Shown: positions 1 to 14,481 of the stretch, piece after piece
Layout of the letters: each line of letters starts with the position of its first letter
How positions within the stretch are numbered: position 1 is the first letter of the stretch
NCBI RefSeq assembly: GCF_964204645.1
Contig: NC_134026.1
Coordinates: 4,053,950 to 4,117,949, forward strand
Length of the DNA stretch: 64,000 nucleotides
Direction: 5' to 3'
DNA from: Tubulanus polymorphus
Lineage: Eukaryota > Animalia > Nemertea
Made by a program: the position numbers and the translations under genes
The notes under the pieces: generated by a model
Database searches by the model: none
Told to the model about the DNA's origin: nothing
The model's input: only the letters and a program-made list of their open reading frames with translations

Positions 1-1799
1 TTTTGTCGATTCTGAAAAAAAGGAACGCGACGTCTGAAATGACGTACCGAAGAGTGTATATCAACCTAGGTAGTTCCCGTCACTAGGAACCGGCTGAGTA
101 ATGATTCGAAGCGGGTGTTTTTTCGCTACCCCTATTTTTTTACGCCGTAAAATCCGTTACAAATTTTTTTGCACATTTCTACTGTGCGTTATTTAATGGG
201 TAGTGACATCGAAGTGTCCCTGCGCACTACGTGAGATGACTCGGGCACATGGAAGAGACCCATATTCCAAGATTCTAATAAGAATATCAAAATAGAAATT
301 TGCGTGTATTTCCTGTCCCCTTTATTGTGTTCGCGCGCGCGAGTTATTTGCTTATAAACCGATTTAATTCGATAAGATTAAAGATGGTGCCTCTGCATGA
401 TGGCACTACCAAACAATATCTAGTCCAGCTTTACATTTGAAGCATTTCGTGCGTAGGCACCGGGCAACCCCACTTTGAGACAGCGCCACGGCACAGGAGA
501 CTCCTGGTCATACTCTTAGGAACATTGTTAATCCATTATGTTGATTATGTTGAGCCGTATTCTGGTGACCTTCACATTTCATTGAATCACGACATTATGG
601 AGAGATGATGGAGTGTTTTAAGTACATTTCGATTGTTTTCTTTGTTTGAATTGTCTGCCAATATCTAGTGTTTTAAGTGGGTGGTGAAATGTAATACTCG
701 AGAGCATGAAACGGTTAGTTTGTTTTTTAATGACGTTACTTTCCGGTACGTAGGAAACTTAGCCCCGGGCCTGCGTGTACACACGCAGTGGGGTTTTCTT
801 ATCAGGCGTGATCCACATACAGATCCGCGCTATTCCCGTCGGCGGATTTATTTCCTTTCCTGGTTTATAGATTAGCCGTCATGTCTTCATCTATCAGCGT
901 TAATCCCCGCATAAAACCGTCATTGCGAACCTATGCGAGGCTTAAAGATTGTACGCAGACCAGCGCCGACCCTGCCATCCATCACACGCAGTTCCGCACG
1001 GACCGAACGTTTCAGGAACAGACTATTCGGTTCAACCACCGATTTTAGTACGCCTATTAATCAGTAATTATGACGGTACGAACGGACATCTTTTTATTAA
1101 TGGCACCTGTCGTTAACAAAACTGATGGAAAATAATGAGTTTACGTAACCAATAATTAGACGAATGAAGATGAGTTATACGATAGAAAATGATACCTTAC
1201 GTCGATGCCGCCTTCTCTTCTTTTTTGAACGAAAAATGGTCATCATTTTTTTCGTTTACCCTGGCAAGCGGATAAACGGCGGAGGCTAATGGTCGCCGCG
1301 AAATAGAAAACCGGAACAGCGAACAGATAATTTTCTCACAAACGTCTTCGTCTATTATGCTGAATAGATATAATTCATCTTCAGCCAGCCGTTTATAAAA
1401 CCGCGATGAAATACGAGTTTTCAGTTTTACGGTGCAATAAACCATCGATCTCCGTCGTACCGCGGTCTCCTTTAGTTGGAATTCTGCAATTTCAAGTGTT
1501 CATGCAACATCCGCTCTCTGGTGCCCGAAGCACCGGAAGATTTCATTCAACATATTTTCACTCAATAATCTAAAAAGCGCACCAAATGTACCTTATATTT
1601 ATGGCAACATTTTTCGCGAACGTCAAAAAAAAAAGAAATAAAATAGAATCGGCTATACAAAAAGCTAATGAAATTTTTTTAGATTAACCTGCTGGGACTG
1701 ATTAAGATTTTTCTTCGAGGTTTCAATCGAATTCTCAGCACGGCGTGGAAACATTTGCTGTTGATGATAAACATTCATTGTACTGCTTCCTCGTGCGCG

Positions 1800-2700
1800 T
1801 GATCCCGACAGGGTTGTTGCTCGAATACCTTAAATAATATCTGGGAATATTTATTTCCAACTCGTTTAACCAAGTGATAGATGGATGCAGTCGACGGTCG
1901 TTGAATTCGATGCCAATTCCTATCGCGAAAAATGACGAACGACTTATGCCAATATATTGCGTTACAAGTCGTTAGAGCCTAAATTAATTTTTTTCTCATT
2001 ATGCCCTCAAATTGCTGCATTTGTCGCACGTTTAACCGAGCAAAAAATCTACGAACTGATCACGATTGATGGCTATCATTTGTCAAGGTGATAATTACCC
2101 GCTCAATAGGGTCAATCCCTGATGGAAACAAAGTGTTGAACTTAATTATGTCAAACGGGAGCCTCTGCGGATGATTGCATCAGCAAATACATCTCCACAA
2201 CTAGGCAATAATCCAGCATTTGGATCAAGGAATCTACTGCATGTGATCTTCATGGACCTTCAAAACGCTTTCGACATCTCACAGCACCAAATTGCACCCA
2301 AGAATTGTGAACATTTTTTCCCCAGGTACTTGAGCAACGACCATGGTCAGATCAAATTACGATGGCTAGTCCGCTTTGGCAGACGGTATTCTGATTATTC
2401 GTCGAGTTCCAGTACGCTTCGATACGACGAACAGTTTTTAACTGATAGCCGTGAAATTTCCGCTCCAACGAAAATGTACGGTGAATAAATATTAGCGCTT
2501 CGAACACAAAGACCATAACCTGTTTTAGAAACTGATTATCGTTTAAAGTAGAGGAACCTTTTCCTTCTTCAAAGAATATTGACACAGTTGATTCAATCAG
2601 GTCGTATAGGTGACGTATCTATAAATAATCCTTCCCTTGAGTAATCGAAGACGTGGAATCTGACAAATGACGTGCTAATTAGAACGTGAATAGATTTCAA
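1800..2700 (+). mobile_element. Eroded non-LTR retrotransposon reverse-transcriptase fragment (boundaries approximate)
   Basis: LHVIFMDLQNAFD at 2237-2275 resembles the LINE RT motif (hhFhDhxxAFD); an upstream PIPIAK-like peptide lies near 1910. Frames are interrupted. Confidence 0.4.
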
Positions 2701-5700
2701 ACAGATACGATGGAAAAAGCAATGCAAAGAGTTGAAGTCGCCTTTGCTCTTGGAGGTTAAGTAGGCGGCAATCAGTTAGATACGTGGCAGAGATACAGGA
2801 CATTGTGGATCAAAGATCACCTCAACTCAAAGCTATGGAATAATGTCCAGAATTTTTTGCATATCTTTGATGAAATACACTTGTTGTTACCCATGATGTG
2901 CAATATTGTACGAATGAGTCTATCTGTGTGTCTGGAATGGTTCCGGAACAGGTAGTTCATATTGCGTTCGAATGCTTCGCGCATTTTGATAGATATTTTT
3001 AGAAAATAGATTTTTGGATAAAGAATTCTACATCATATGTACGGCCTTCTATCTGTCCATCAAATCCCCATACGTCGAATCAAATGATGGCGCATATACA
3101 ACTTTCGATCCAATCAAGCCATCCATCACAAGATAAGATTCCGCTCACTGATACCAATCTGTTGGTTTCATTACTCGGTTGACCAGAGGCCAGAAAATGA
3201 TCACAAAGGTCGTGGCGACATACGTTTTCACTAATCTGAAACGGGATAAATACTGGCTGTTTGTATCTCGTCATGTCAACGAAGCCGAAAACGAACTAAG
3301 AACCCATTTCCGATGCCGATATCTGACGTGATAATTAGTTTCTTCAAGCAATTTTTGTACTAGAACGCGCGTAAGTTATTACATTATTCCAGGCCAACGC
3401 TATTTGCTCCAACGCAATAATAAGGCGTGCCTTGGGGTGCAGCGCATTGTATTTCCATGATTGCCGATATAAAGTTCTTTACGGTGTTTATTTGATGTGA
3501 AGACATAAAATTGTGTCGCGAATGTCGAGTATAACGATAGTAATTGCTTTGTTTGAACTTCAACAAATCTGCGAATCTTACGTGAATCGTGTTTTTGTTT
3601 CATACGGGTTTACTTAGCAGAAACACGCAAGTTGTCATAATGATTACTACTCGCGGTTCAAAGTGATTATTAGATGGTGCTTACCCTCAAAGAATGGTAT
3701 AAACCACCCAGTCGGGTATTTGATGCCGAAGAACTTTTACTTTTATTGGCGCTACGGGGCAAAAGCATCTTTTGAAGTAGATATTTCTATCAAACGAAGT
3801 AAAAGGAAATCGATATAATTTCTATATATAAAGATATCACGGTGCGATTGTGCGTGCATCACTAGTGAAATAACCGTATCAAAATATCACGAACCCAGAT
3901 AAAACAATACTGATGATACTGAAGATCTGATGATATTATCATTTGAAGATGATATACTGCTTCTGACCCCAGGACGCTTGCGAAATTGTACATTTTTCTG
4001 GTGCATATCGAAATCCACTTCTCGAAAATATTTACGTCCAAAAGATTGGTCATCGATTACGAATCAACGTCACAACTGTAATGACACGGCGTATTTTCCA
4101 TCAGATTCTAGCCACGTATTTCATCATTAACAAACAGGTTACAAAATCGACTTGTGTAATTCATGGTTGATCGAATAATAAATCTTGATCGCCGGCGTAA
4201 TTGTTACCTGTTAATGCAAAAGCAAATAAATTCCGATCGTATTTACGATAAAATCTACGGTGATTGACAACCGAATCGCTTTTCGACTGATAAAATACGG
4301 TATTTCTTTTTTCATAGGTGTCTGCACTAATACAAAAAGTAGGAAATAACCCAGAATCGATTGCAGTTACATAAATAGCATTGAAAAACGTCTGGTTTTT
4401 TGCTAGGAAGCTGTCAGTCAGTCGTATTATTGTCATAACCGGAAGTAGCGAACCTCTCGGCTGTATACACAGACGTACGAGTAAGAATGTTCGCGGGTCG
4501 CTCCGAATGCTCCGACACGACTGACCTTTTTTTAATTACGTCTTTATGCAATCGTAGAGAATCCGCAAAAGTATACAAGATATTCGACACGGCGTTTTCG
4601 TTTAATTACTTTCGGGAATGCGATACACGGTCGACGGTAACTATAACGTAATCCGTCTGTCAATTCGACCGCCGAGGAGTGGACCGCCAACTTAATTGGT
4701 GGGGACTCCGTCGGAGCTGGTCGTATGGTAGATTGCCATGCGCGTTATAGTCGTCGGTTTATAGCGGGCTGCTTCTTCCGCTTTGCCATCGCTACGGCGC
4801 AGGTAATATGTCAAGATTATGCTTTTATCATTTTTGAATGCATTGCGGAAACGCTTACCATCGCGAACAACAGTAAATCAATGCATAAATTGCTATCGAT
4901 CAGTAGGCAAATACCGGGAATGAATTTCGCTATAGACCAGAATTGATTCGCAGTTATCTCGATTGATTTAAATTCCATTCACAAGACACATCCTTTCCGA
5001 CCGAGTTTCTCGAGGGTTCACTTTCTCCGACGGAGTATCGGGAACCGATATTTCATCGGGAACTTCGGGTCTGGCTTCAGTGATTCGTGTAAACTAGTCT
5101 TAAATGGTTTGCTCTTCGTATTTCGACAGCGCGTAAGGAATTTCTGCGTACGCCATGTTTCAACTAAATTTGCTACAAAGCTCTAATTATACACATCTTG
5201 GTGGGTACTTTGACTTCAAGGAGACTTTTCACTTGTTTATTCCGGGGACGTTTGAATGGAGTGTGAAATTCAGGTTCTTTCGGTAGAAAGTTTTCTTATC
5301 AATTAAGAAATACTTCATGGTGGCTGATTCGGACCATAAACACTCAATTATCCACCAATTTCCTTAACGCCAAGTAATAACAAACCTTTCGTTTTAAATT
5401 GTTTTAAATTGGCATAAAAATTGATTTTTGGTTATATGCAAAAAGCATTGGAGGAGGTTGAGTCTCATTTTCGATGAATCAGATCGAGATTGATACAGCT
5501 TTGATTCGATAGGTTACTGTATATCCAACTGTACACATCCTAAAAATATACCAAGCTTCAAATGAAGAAGAAATCGCCCAAAGCTATGAACACATTAACA
5601 TTTTATTTCATGGGTGGTGAATATTATGCGTAGGGAGCTTTTTTCGAGACTTGAGGAGGACTGAATTTTAGCGGAAGCTGCAAAAGTGTGCGCGAAAGTC

Positions 5701-6942
5701 GTTTTACGTGCGCTTGTTCATTTTGCGAAAATTCTCAGATTCGCTTGTCTTTTGTTTTAACATTGACGGTCTAATGGACTGAAGGTGCACGCGTTCGCAC
5801 CGAAGCAACCGACAACAATTTGGAAAAAACATCGATGCTATACCCATCAGCGCCACTTAAAATCTACCGTGGTGGGAACTGAAGTAAGTCATTTGTATGC
5901 GATAACGTCTGCACGAAAGGTAAAATTGTATCATCCGTATTAGACAAAATTGGAACCGTGGTGCGCACGCAACTTAAACGTATATCAACCATCATTTGGC
6001 TGGATTAATCTATGTTTTTCGGGGTCTGCAAAGAATTTATTGTTGCCTTCGCTAATTCACTCTGCTATTATACAAGTGTACCAAGCAGGGTACTTCATAT
6101 GTATAGGTAAACGTTTCGGGGCCTACTTTTCATAGGAAAACGGGCTATTTTCAATTATTTTCCGCACAACTATCCGCGACGAGGCTAGATTGATTGACTG
6201 TGTTCAAGTGAAATTAAGTGGGCACCGTGAAAGAACTTAATAATTCCATAGCTGTCACTGGTACTGCAGGGGAAATGGAGAGATCACGGGCAAGGCCACA
6301 TCTCTCAAAATCGTGTTATTTGAATGGATGAACTTAGACCGAGTAAGTGAAGTAAGACTATTCGGGCTCAAATTATGATGGAGATTTATCAGCGAAAGCG
6401 CGTTTTTGACATGAAAATCATCATTCTTGAGGCAGAGAAGCGACTTCTATGGCCTCTGGTTGACCGCAGCATAAATCGCTGTGTACTCTGCCTCGATTCA
6501 TCGTGTCAGAATTGATTTGTGACATTGTTTCATATAAACAGCACGACGTAACCCGATTATGATTAAAGCTCTGACCTCAACCGAGCAATATTTGACCTGC
6601 CCGCTAGACTAATTTATTTCTTCATCATTGGCGACACACGGAACACCGTGCCGAGCAAACATGTTTATTGAATTACGCGTGCACCAGTACTAGCGGTGAC
6701 TGTGCACATCTGACTGAATTAACTAAGATATCTTACGTACATTTATGTCATTCGCAGTCGCTCCCATCTAAGCGTCTGCGCTATGATCTCGCTATGATCT
6801 CGCTGAGATGTGTGCTTTTCGCGAGATCACACGAGAATCCGATTCCGTGACGTAAATTCGGCACCAATTAGATGCTGTTTATGAGCACGGTGATGAATGT
6901 TCGCTCGGAGCTCATGTGTGTTTTCATCTTTTTCTTTTTTAG

Positions 6943-6986
6943 GTTTGTCTACTGCGAGCGAGCCCATCTGTTGTCAGGAGTTTAAG
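6943..6986 (+). other. Candidate 44-nt non-coding micro-exon (possible 5'UTR exon of the GPCR locus)
   Basis: Strong acceptor ttttcatctttttcttttttAG (AG 6941-6942) followed 44 nt later by donor aag|GTacgt; no ATG inside. Confidence 0.45.
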
Positions 6987-9683
6987 GTACGTACGGTACG
7001 AGTTCTAAACGATCTTGATTAATGAAACTCGCGCGCGCGGAACAACATCTGCATTAATGAGGCGTCGAAACTTTCGAAGTCATCTCTGATGGTATGTTCG
7101 GTTATATAAACCCCGGGATTCACGCCGACTAAATTAGGAATTATATGGTCATTCATCATTGAAATTAACACACAACGTTAGTGCATCTGGGAGGGAAAAC
7201 TGTCTCTTTATGAGCAATAGGCTCTGTTACATAGATCCAGTGAGCATTGCACTCATCAATCATCGAAATATTTCACAGCCTCATAGATATATGATAACGC
7301 GATCACGCTTAGGCTCGGTGAGCTATCTAATTGGTTTTGAGAAATTAATGTCGACGCATTTAAATTCATCTGTACCGTGAAATTATAAAACCTACACCCG
7401 GTAAAGCTTTAATCGAGTGCGAGGTGTCGCCGAACATTCGCCGAAGTCGAAGAATGGGAATAAAAATGTAGCACGAGCATTTATTCGCCCACACAATCTT
7501 TTGATCTCGGGCAAAAAACTGAATAGTTTCGTTGTATTTTTTCAGTTGGGTCAGAACGATCTAAATCAAGACCATGTATTGCGTCATTGCAACAAATAAG
7601 TGCTTTTAGGCATCTCGTTTTCAGCAGTAAAGTGGCCGCGGGGACTATTGCTTCGTCACGTTCAATCAGTGCAACCACACACAATGCCACAAATGGAATG
7701 ACACGTCATTATCTTGCTTGGCAAATTACCATTGTCTTAGACGTCCTAGCTAATTAAAGCTTACGGTATTTTGTCATCGAATGGACACCCGTCTAATAGA
7801 GCTGATCGCCGCAACCCTTTTCTTCAGTCGGCGAGGCGAAAATAGCCGCCGGATTCGCGGCTGAGTATTCGATTATGCTACCTTGTCATACGCGGGAGGC
7901 TGGCGCGTATTGGTCATCGGATCCTTAGCGATTCAATTATGAATATAGTATATAATATGATATGGGTTTGACTAGCAATATAGCCACGGGGATGCTGCAG
8001 CTGCTTTTGCTTTTAGATCGAACAGCGATTCCATAAATACACCTATACGACTTCCCCTGTTTACATTAAGATATCAAATAGCCGATGTCATGCGGAGATT
8101 TACGACCGCCCCCTAGAGAATAATTCATAAACTATTAGCTTCTCGTACGTCTTAAAGGCTACGTATCTCGGAACGTTTCGACTGGTAATGATGAGAAATT
8201 TACGGCACGATCAGAAACGTCTCCATTAAAAAATTATATTCCCTTCGTAAATTTGTATGTAATCCTGACGGCTGACGTGCACGAAATTAATGATGATGAT
8301 TCGCAATTTGTAGACACAAGAATCAAGACTCCTCTAGTTGGGCTAAGTGATATATGGATTCTCAGTATGATCACATAATCCTTTAGATTCGTAGGTAGTA
8401 TTGTAAATTTCTGCACGTATAAAAAAATATCAGCTGAAAAGTACAACATATGCATTGCCTATACGCAGAAATGCATTCATTATCTTTAACATGTAACAAA
8501 ATACGGGATGATGCGTTTTGAAATCAGAGTTAAATTGTAATGAATCCATCAAACGTTGGATGATTAGCGATTCAATTATGGATCTATAATTCATATCGAC
8601 GTTGTGGGATTCGTATGCATCAATATTAACAGTCGCGATGGGAACATAATATGTAGACCAGTATAGAATAGAAATACTGTTCAGATCTACCAATATCTAC
8701 TTACTGAAACTACCTGCTGAAATGTGTTAAAGAATCTAATTACTCCACCGGTTATAGTGCATACATGCAAAGACTTTCGCCTTCATATCAAACACTTCGT
8801 AGATTTGAATTGAAAAAGAAAGATTTAAATGAACAATTCTTTATAAAGTTTTTCCAATCAACGAACGGAGTAAGGCTAATGAGCCCCGCGGAAAGTAGAT
8901 TAGAAAGTAGGTCGTCATTTTTCCTCAAAGTTGCGAAGATAGATTCATCTTTTTAAAGGACTTCCAATTAACTTAATAATTATCTGGTTATCATGTTTTC
9001 GTCGGATCCACGTATGACTAATTTTCCCGGAATTCAACTTTTTTTACATCAATGAATCATTGTTTCGGATTCCTTTGATCACCCGCGCGATTATTGCATA
9101 AAAAGAACTTTTTTAATAGTTTATTTCACTCGACATCGACGCTCGCTTCAAAAGACGCTTTGCGCGCTGAAAATTAATTCAGATACATTTCTTCGACTGA
9201 TGCTCCGCGGCCGGTACTCGTTCAAAGAGGGTAATACAACGCCTCTTCAAAGAAAACCACTGAAAATGCCCACAGCAAACTAATCGTCAGCGACGCAATG
9301 CCGATTTCAAGTATTCAAATTTCAGCGCGTAAAATAAATTGACTAACGAACGGGTGCCCACGGTTTCATTTTACAATGTTCAGACCGAAAATTTAGAAGA
9401 AAAAAATCCAACGCCGTATATCGTGCAAAAAATTGAAAACGATCTAATGGACTGCACGGGGAGCCATATTTCTAATTTTTCTCTAACGGACTGCACAGAG
9501 ATGTAACTCATATTTCTCAATAGCAACTAACAACATCTGAGTACGGCTGTTGAATGTGATTACCAGTTGCTTCGCCTACGATTATTGGCAACCGAATCGA
9601 CAGTAGGTCGAAGTGAAATGAGGTTTTCAAGTAAAGATATAAAACTATAGATATAAAACCATGGTTCTATTGCAAAACAAATT

Positions 9684-9898
9684 CGGCCTCAGCAGTGCGA
9701 TAAGGCGTGATGCTGTTGCATCCACCGTCAGTGCTGAGTGAAAAGTGGGTTCGAATCCTGCTGGCTGCTTACAGTGAGCGGGCAACACTCCAAAAGGCCG
9801 TCCCGTCGTGAGGTTAAATGGATGATCCGATAGGGTTAATCTTGGGAAACCAAGATCCAAGCGGCGTAAAGCCAAAACAAAACAAAACAAAACAAAAA
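9684..9898 (+). mobile_element. tRNA-derived SINE with a (CAAAA)n tail
   Basis: B-box GGTTCGAATCC at 9748-9758, degenerate A-box region near 9690-9705, ~110-bp body, 3' end GGCGTAAAGC followed by (CAAAA)5 at 9873-9898. Confidence 0.6.
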
Positions 9899-10671
9899 GG
9901 AAAATTGAGTTGATTGTTAATACATTTTCATATACTCAGAAGGAAACTCTGATCAGTAAAAGCACACTAGTTGAAACGGGTTTTATTCACTGGCCAATTG
10001 TAAGGAGTGGCAGATTTAATGATGATGTTCTTTTCTTGGTATTCATTTTTGGCCCAAGGCCCACAAAACCAACACTAAAGCTTAGTGTCCTGATTGAAAT
10101 GGTATGAAATGGTATCAAAGACAGTCAACGTTTTGTCAGTGTGATATGCTTCAACGCGTAAAATGGCATCGTTGTTTTAAACTTGATTGTCGTGTAGGCC
10201 GCTTGTAATGTTTTTGTCCCTAATGGCGTTGGTTATGGTTGACAAAAAAATATTGGGCTAAAAGTCCAGACGGTACCGTTATGAATGCAGTCTATCCCGT
10301 GAAAAAAGGCTTTGTTTTGTCATTAGTTCGACCTCATCCCGAATAGCAAACATTATAGAGCACGACCTCCAAACCTCATCCGAGATAATGAGTCAGTTTT
10401 GGCACACATGACCTGACATGTATATCGTGCCGTGCAACGGATTAGACGCACACAGCCAACAGAGAATCTTCAGATTGCGTTATTTGGAAAAAGCATTAAT
10501 CGATCTACGTATTGGTTGAAGAAAAACGGTAAAACAGGTGTTTGCCATACAAAACGACATGGTCACGACAAGTTGCAGAATCTAAAAAAAAATCACCAGC
10601 ACTACTGCTTTCCACACAATTTACTTCATACATTTTGGCAAAATTATCCGCTTTGGGGAACAAACGTATTA

Positions 10672-10890
10672 GGCTAAACAAAAATGATACCTTGTTTCTC
10701 CGCAGCGGCCGGGTCATTTTTGTAAAATATGATGAAATTTATAAACAGTTCATTTCTATAGCGGCCGGGTCTGTTATGGTAAAATTGATCACGATTTTAA
10801 AAAAAGTAATGTATAGGGTAGATAAGCGGCCGGCCGGGTCAACATTTAAGCTCAGCAGAGCGGAGAAACAAGGTATCAATTTTTTTTGCC
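10672..10890. mobile_element. Tourist-like (PIF/Harbinger-type) MITE
   Basis: TIR GGCTAAACAAAAATGATACCTTGTTTCTCCGC versus GCGGAGAAACAAGGTATCAATTTTTTTTGCC, with TTA on both sides (10669-10671, 10891-10893). Three internal CGGCCGGGTC repeats. Confidence 0.75.
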
Positions 10891-11899
10891 TTATACATTT
10901 TATTAGAAAAATATCCATAAAAATGTGAGCAAATCCGAAATAGTGACAAGAACAAAATGTCGCGTAACATGATTCTAATGGCCACCAGTAATTTTCGATC
11001 CATACTCGGCTGAAATGTTCGTCTATTTGCAGAAACATTTACGCTCATTATCGCGGCCAAATTGTTATCATTTTTGTCGCAAAGGTCTATTCGTAAAACG
11101 TTTCAATATTCGCTTACCTACCTTTGAAAATGGAGACCGGCGCAAACTAGCGAGTCGAAGAGTCCTTCACGCCGACAATATATTGAGCTATAAATGTTTG
11201 CTAGTGCTACGACCATTACGGTACCAAAGTCAATATTGACGGTGATGCAGGTTTGTTTTTCCCTGTCCCACAAGCCATTAGGATTAATCAAATGACCATT
11301 GTTACTGATATGGTACATGTTCTGTAATACTTTGATAGCCCCAGGGTGAAGCAAAATCTTCTCTCCATTAAACATATGCTTCATTTACCAGCGCGGTATA
11401 TTATACCGATAAAAATTACACGCTGGAAAATTTACTCGCGTCTGTCCCTGCGTTAATTACGTTAATGTTTTTTATCCGTTGTAAATCATCGCTTAATTTC
11501 AGCCAAGTTTCTACGTCGTTTGCCCAACTGTAAACAGAGATGCGTCATGCTCAACTCGCAAAATATGTATATGATGTCTCCCCATCTCTCCTGTCCCCTT
11601 CTAGAAATGAGATTATTCACCATCAGGAATGATAAAATTCTCGGATTGCTTTTAAACTGTAGTTTGCATCTGGAGTGCTTTGTTTATAGTTCGATCGCGC
11701 TGTTTGTCCTCATCATGGCCCACGAGATGCTCCCATGATGTTAAATACGTGAGCTGAAATTGATTATCGTAGTGACGTGAAGTTTGTATAGTATTGGATA
11801 GAAAATGATTTCTGATGGAGTTTAGTTTTTGTAAAAGATGCAAAAGATCGAGTAGAAAAGGAATGCGAAATCGATTACGATTATCGCCAGATTTCCTTC

Positions 11900-12450
11900 A
11901 AACATTTGATAGATTTTCCAGTCGCAATCTTACGTAGTATCTGGGTATCACAATACCCATCTCATTGTGATTTCAGCGCCCGTATTTTGTCGCACGGTTG
12001 GCCGGGTTTGATACCACCCATCGATGTCTTCATACTTCTTTCTATTTGATCTGATGGCCAATGGGAGTCGCTCATCCGTATATAGTCTCTCGATTATGCC
12101 GTGCAAACAGTGCGTGCTTGGACTGTAGACAGCTCGCTAATACCTCATCTAACTTGAAGAGAACTTTCAATTATATCTGCGGTTCTCATAGCATCTTCGT
12201 ATTTGTCTTCGGCGATTGGCTACCTTTCTGACATCGCCGATGGCATAAATCTGTTTCATAGAAGTGTATCGTAGGCTTTTGCTATCATGCTGATTAATCT
12301 TGTCCACCGTGGATTGATATCATCTGCACAATTTCTTCAATAAAGGGTTTCTCGAATCAACTTTACGTTGTTTGTACGCGAACCCAATCAGGTTTCCTAT
12401 CTTGTTTCCGTCTCATTACCATAATTCGTCGGGTTGGCTGTAGTGTCAGA
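11900..12450 (-). mobile_element. Possible eroded LINE RT fragment
   Basis: Minus-strand IAKAYDT at ~12265-12285; the surrounding sequence is too decayed to confirm. Confidence 0.25.
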
Positions 12451-14481
12451 AGAGCTTCTTATATACACATATAAGCATTGATCTGAATGGATACATACAT
12501 TTTATTCATGGTATTCAGAAATGCGTTAAAGAAAAACAATTTCAATGTTTTTACACTTGGTGGCGCTCACCAAACCGTGAATTCGATTCCGTCCGTTATC
12601 AGCTCATGATTTACCAATACGAAACTACTTCATTTTTTAACTTTTAAATGGATCTGAAAAAGATAAGATTGTGTGGGCACTTCGCGCGCGCGCGCGTGTC
12701 TAACATGAATTCGATCGAAATGATTCATTGCGATATGGATGCGCAAAGAAGATTGAATTCTCATTTAGTTTTCATTTTATTTCCGGGTCTGATTTAGTTT
12801 TTTCTTTCCGATGAACATAAGATAATGCCTTAAGATTAAGTTCTGAAGATAACCGTCGACATGGCGGATATTGCAGCAGAGGCAGCTTCCACCCGATCTA
12901 AAATCCCTGGTGGGTACTAGATCTCAAGTTCTAGCCGCTTCGTGATGGTCGTCATTTGGAGAATGCAACACCATTTTGAGGGTTGACTTACTGTGATAAT
13001 TAACTCATTAATAATTGCCGAAGATTGATCGATTCGGTTGGTCCAATTGCAACTGCTCTCTAGCTATACCCAAACTTGATTGAACGCGTAGCCTTTACGG
13101 CGACAGCTTATTAGCAAGAACATTCTTCCACTTTTTGCGGTTGTTTGAAAGAGATTTATTGTTTATCAACTTTGTGAGGTTGTATTCCCGCCGCTGACAA
13201 GAACGTGACTTAAAGCCCGTGTCTCATTATGGAAATTGGACGACGGATACTTCGACGGTGGAATCTCTTCTTCATAAACATCACTGGCGTTTTGTGTCGA
13301 GCATTTCCTCGCGACACATTCGCGTTCCCCAATTGACTTCTTCCAAAACAACGAACACACGCCACCGGCGTAAATGTTATTATCTTGTTACACGTTGGAG
13401 ACAAGGTTGACTTCGCCGCACGTTGTGCTGCCGCTAATGCAATTGTTTTGAATTTTTGCAGGCATGATCAAACTACAAATCCGGTATCATTTATATGCAC
13501 AATACAATATATACATAAATATATATATTGTTTAGCGTGAGACATCGGCCTCTGGGCTGTTGTGATTCTTTTCTCCTATTAAACTCGCATTTGTAGCGGA
13601 GACACATATTGCAGCGAGGTTAATAGACAAGGCTAGAAATCTTGTTTTCAGACATGGTAAAAAAAAAAACAAACACCACGTGGGAGCAACCTTAAGGAGC
13701 TTCACCCTTCGTCTTAGAAATCAAAGCCTTTACGACTTAGAGCACGCGTGAATGCATGCGACAAATTCCTTTGGAACTGTTGTCAGTTGCAGGTAACCTA
13801 ATTACATCCTCCATTTCTTCTGACAAGCTCGCACAAAATCTTTCACAAAATCTTTCTCCGATTTCTGTATATTTACAATTAAGCGCGATGAGAAATACAT
13901 CGATACGTATAGTCCTTAGATTCGTGTAAACATATAATACACGAATCCGATGATTATTTCTGGCAAATTAAATGTGGATATTGATAACGATAATTGCCTG
14001 GTGTTGATTGACCAGTATTAGACCTATATACAATAGATCCCAAGAATCAATCGCGAATTATGATATAATACCAATTATCGTAACAGCGATGGATTCACTG
14101 CTATTTTAGACGGACGGAAAGCAGTTGATCTTGATATTCGATACTTCGATGATATCGTACGTATGTCGTATCGTAGTACGCATAATGAAAGTGTTGTGTT
14201 GTGTTTCATTGAATTCATTATATTTACACCGGCCTTCTGAGCGGCTTGCGTCGTCTATGATTCCACGATAATAACGATAACTATTATTGCATCTCCGTGT
14301 AAGAATACCTCATTAGACGACGTAAGAGGATGATACAGGTTCACGTCTCATTAATGTAAGATTTGATCAGTTGGAAAGATGTCAGATACTAGTTGGTGTT
14401 AGTTGGTGCGGCATTTCCAATATTTTACTCGCTTATTATATTCGGTTCTGACGTCATAAAACGTCACCAGACAAGCAGTCC

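Noticed and set aside
6779-6804. Short 11-12 bp tandem duplications (also ~13832 and ~45720)
   Set aside because: Ordinary replication-slippage duplications.
9690-9770. tRNA genes suggested by GGTTCGAATCC motifs (also at 14.5, 14.8, 21.6, 21.9 and 35.0 kb)
   Set aside because: I could not form a complete cloverleaf by eye; the motifs sit inside SINE or MITE structures. tRNAscan-SE would confirm.
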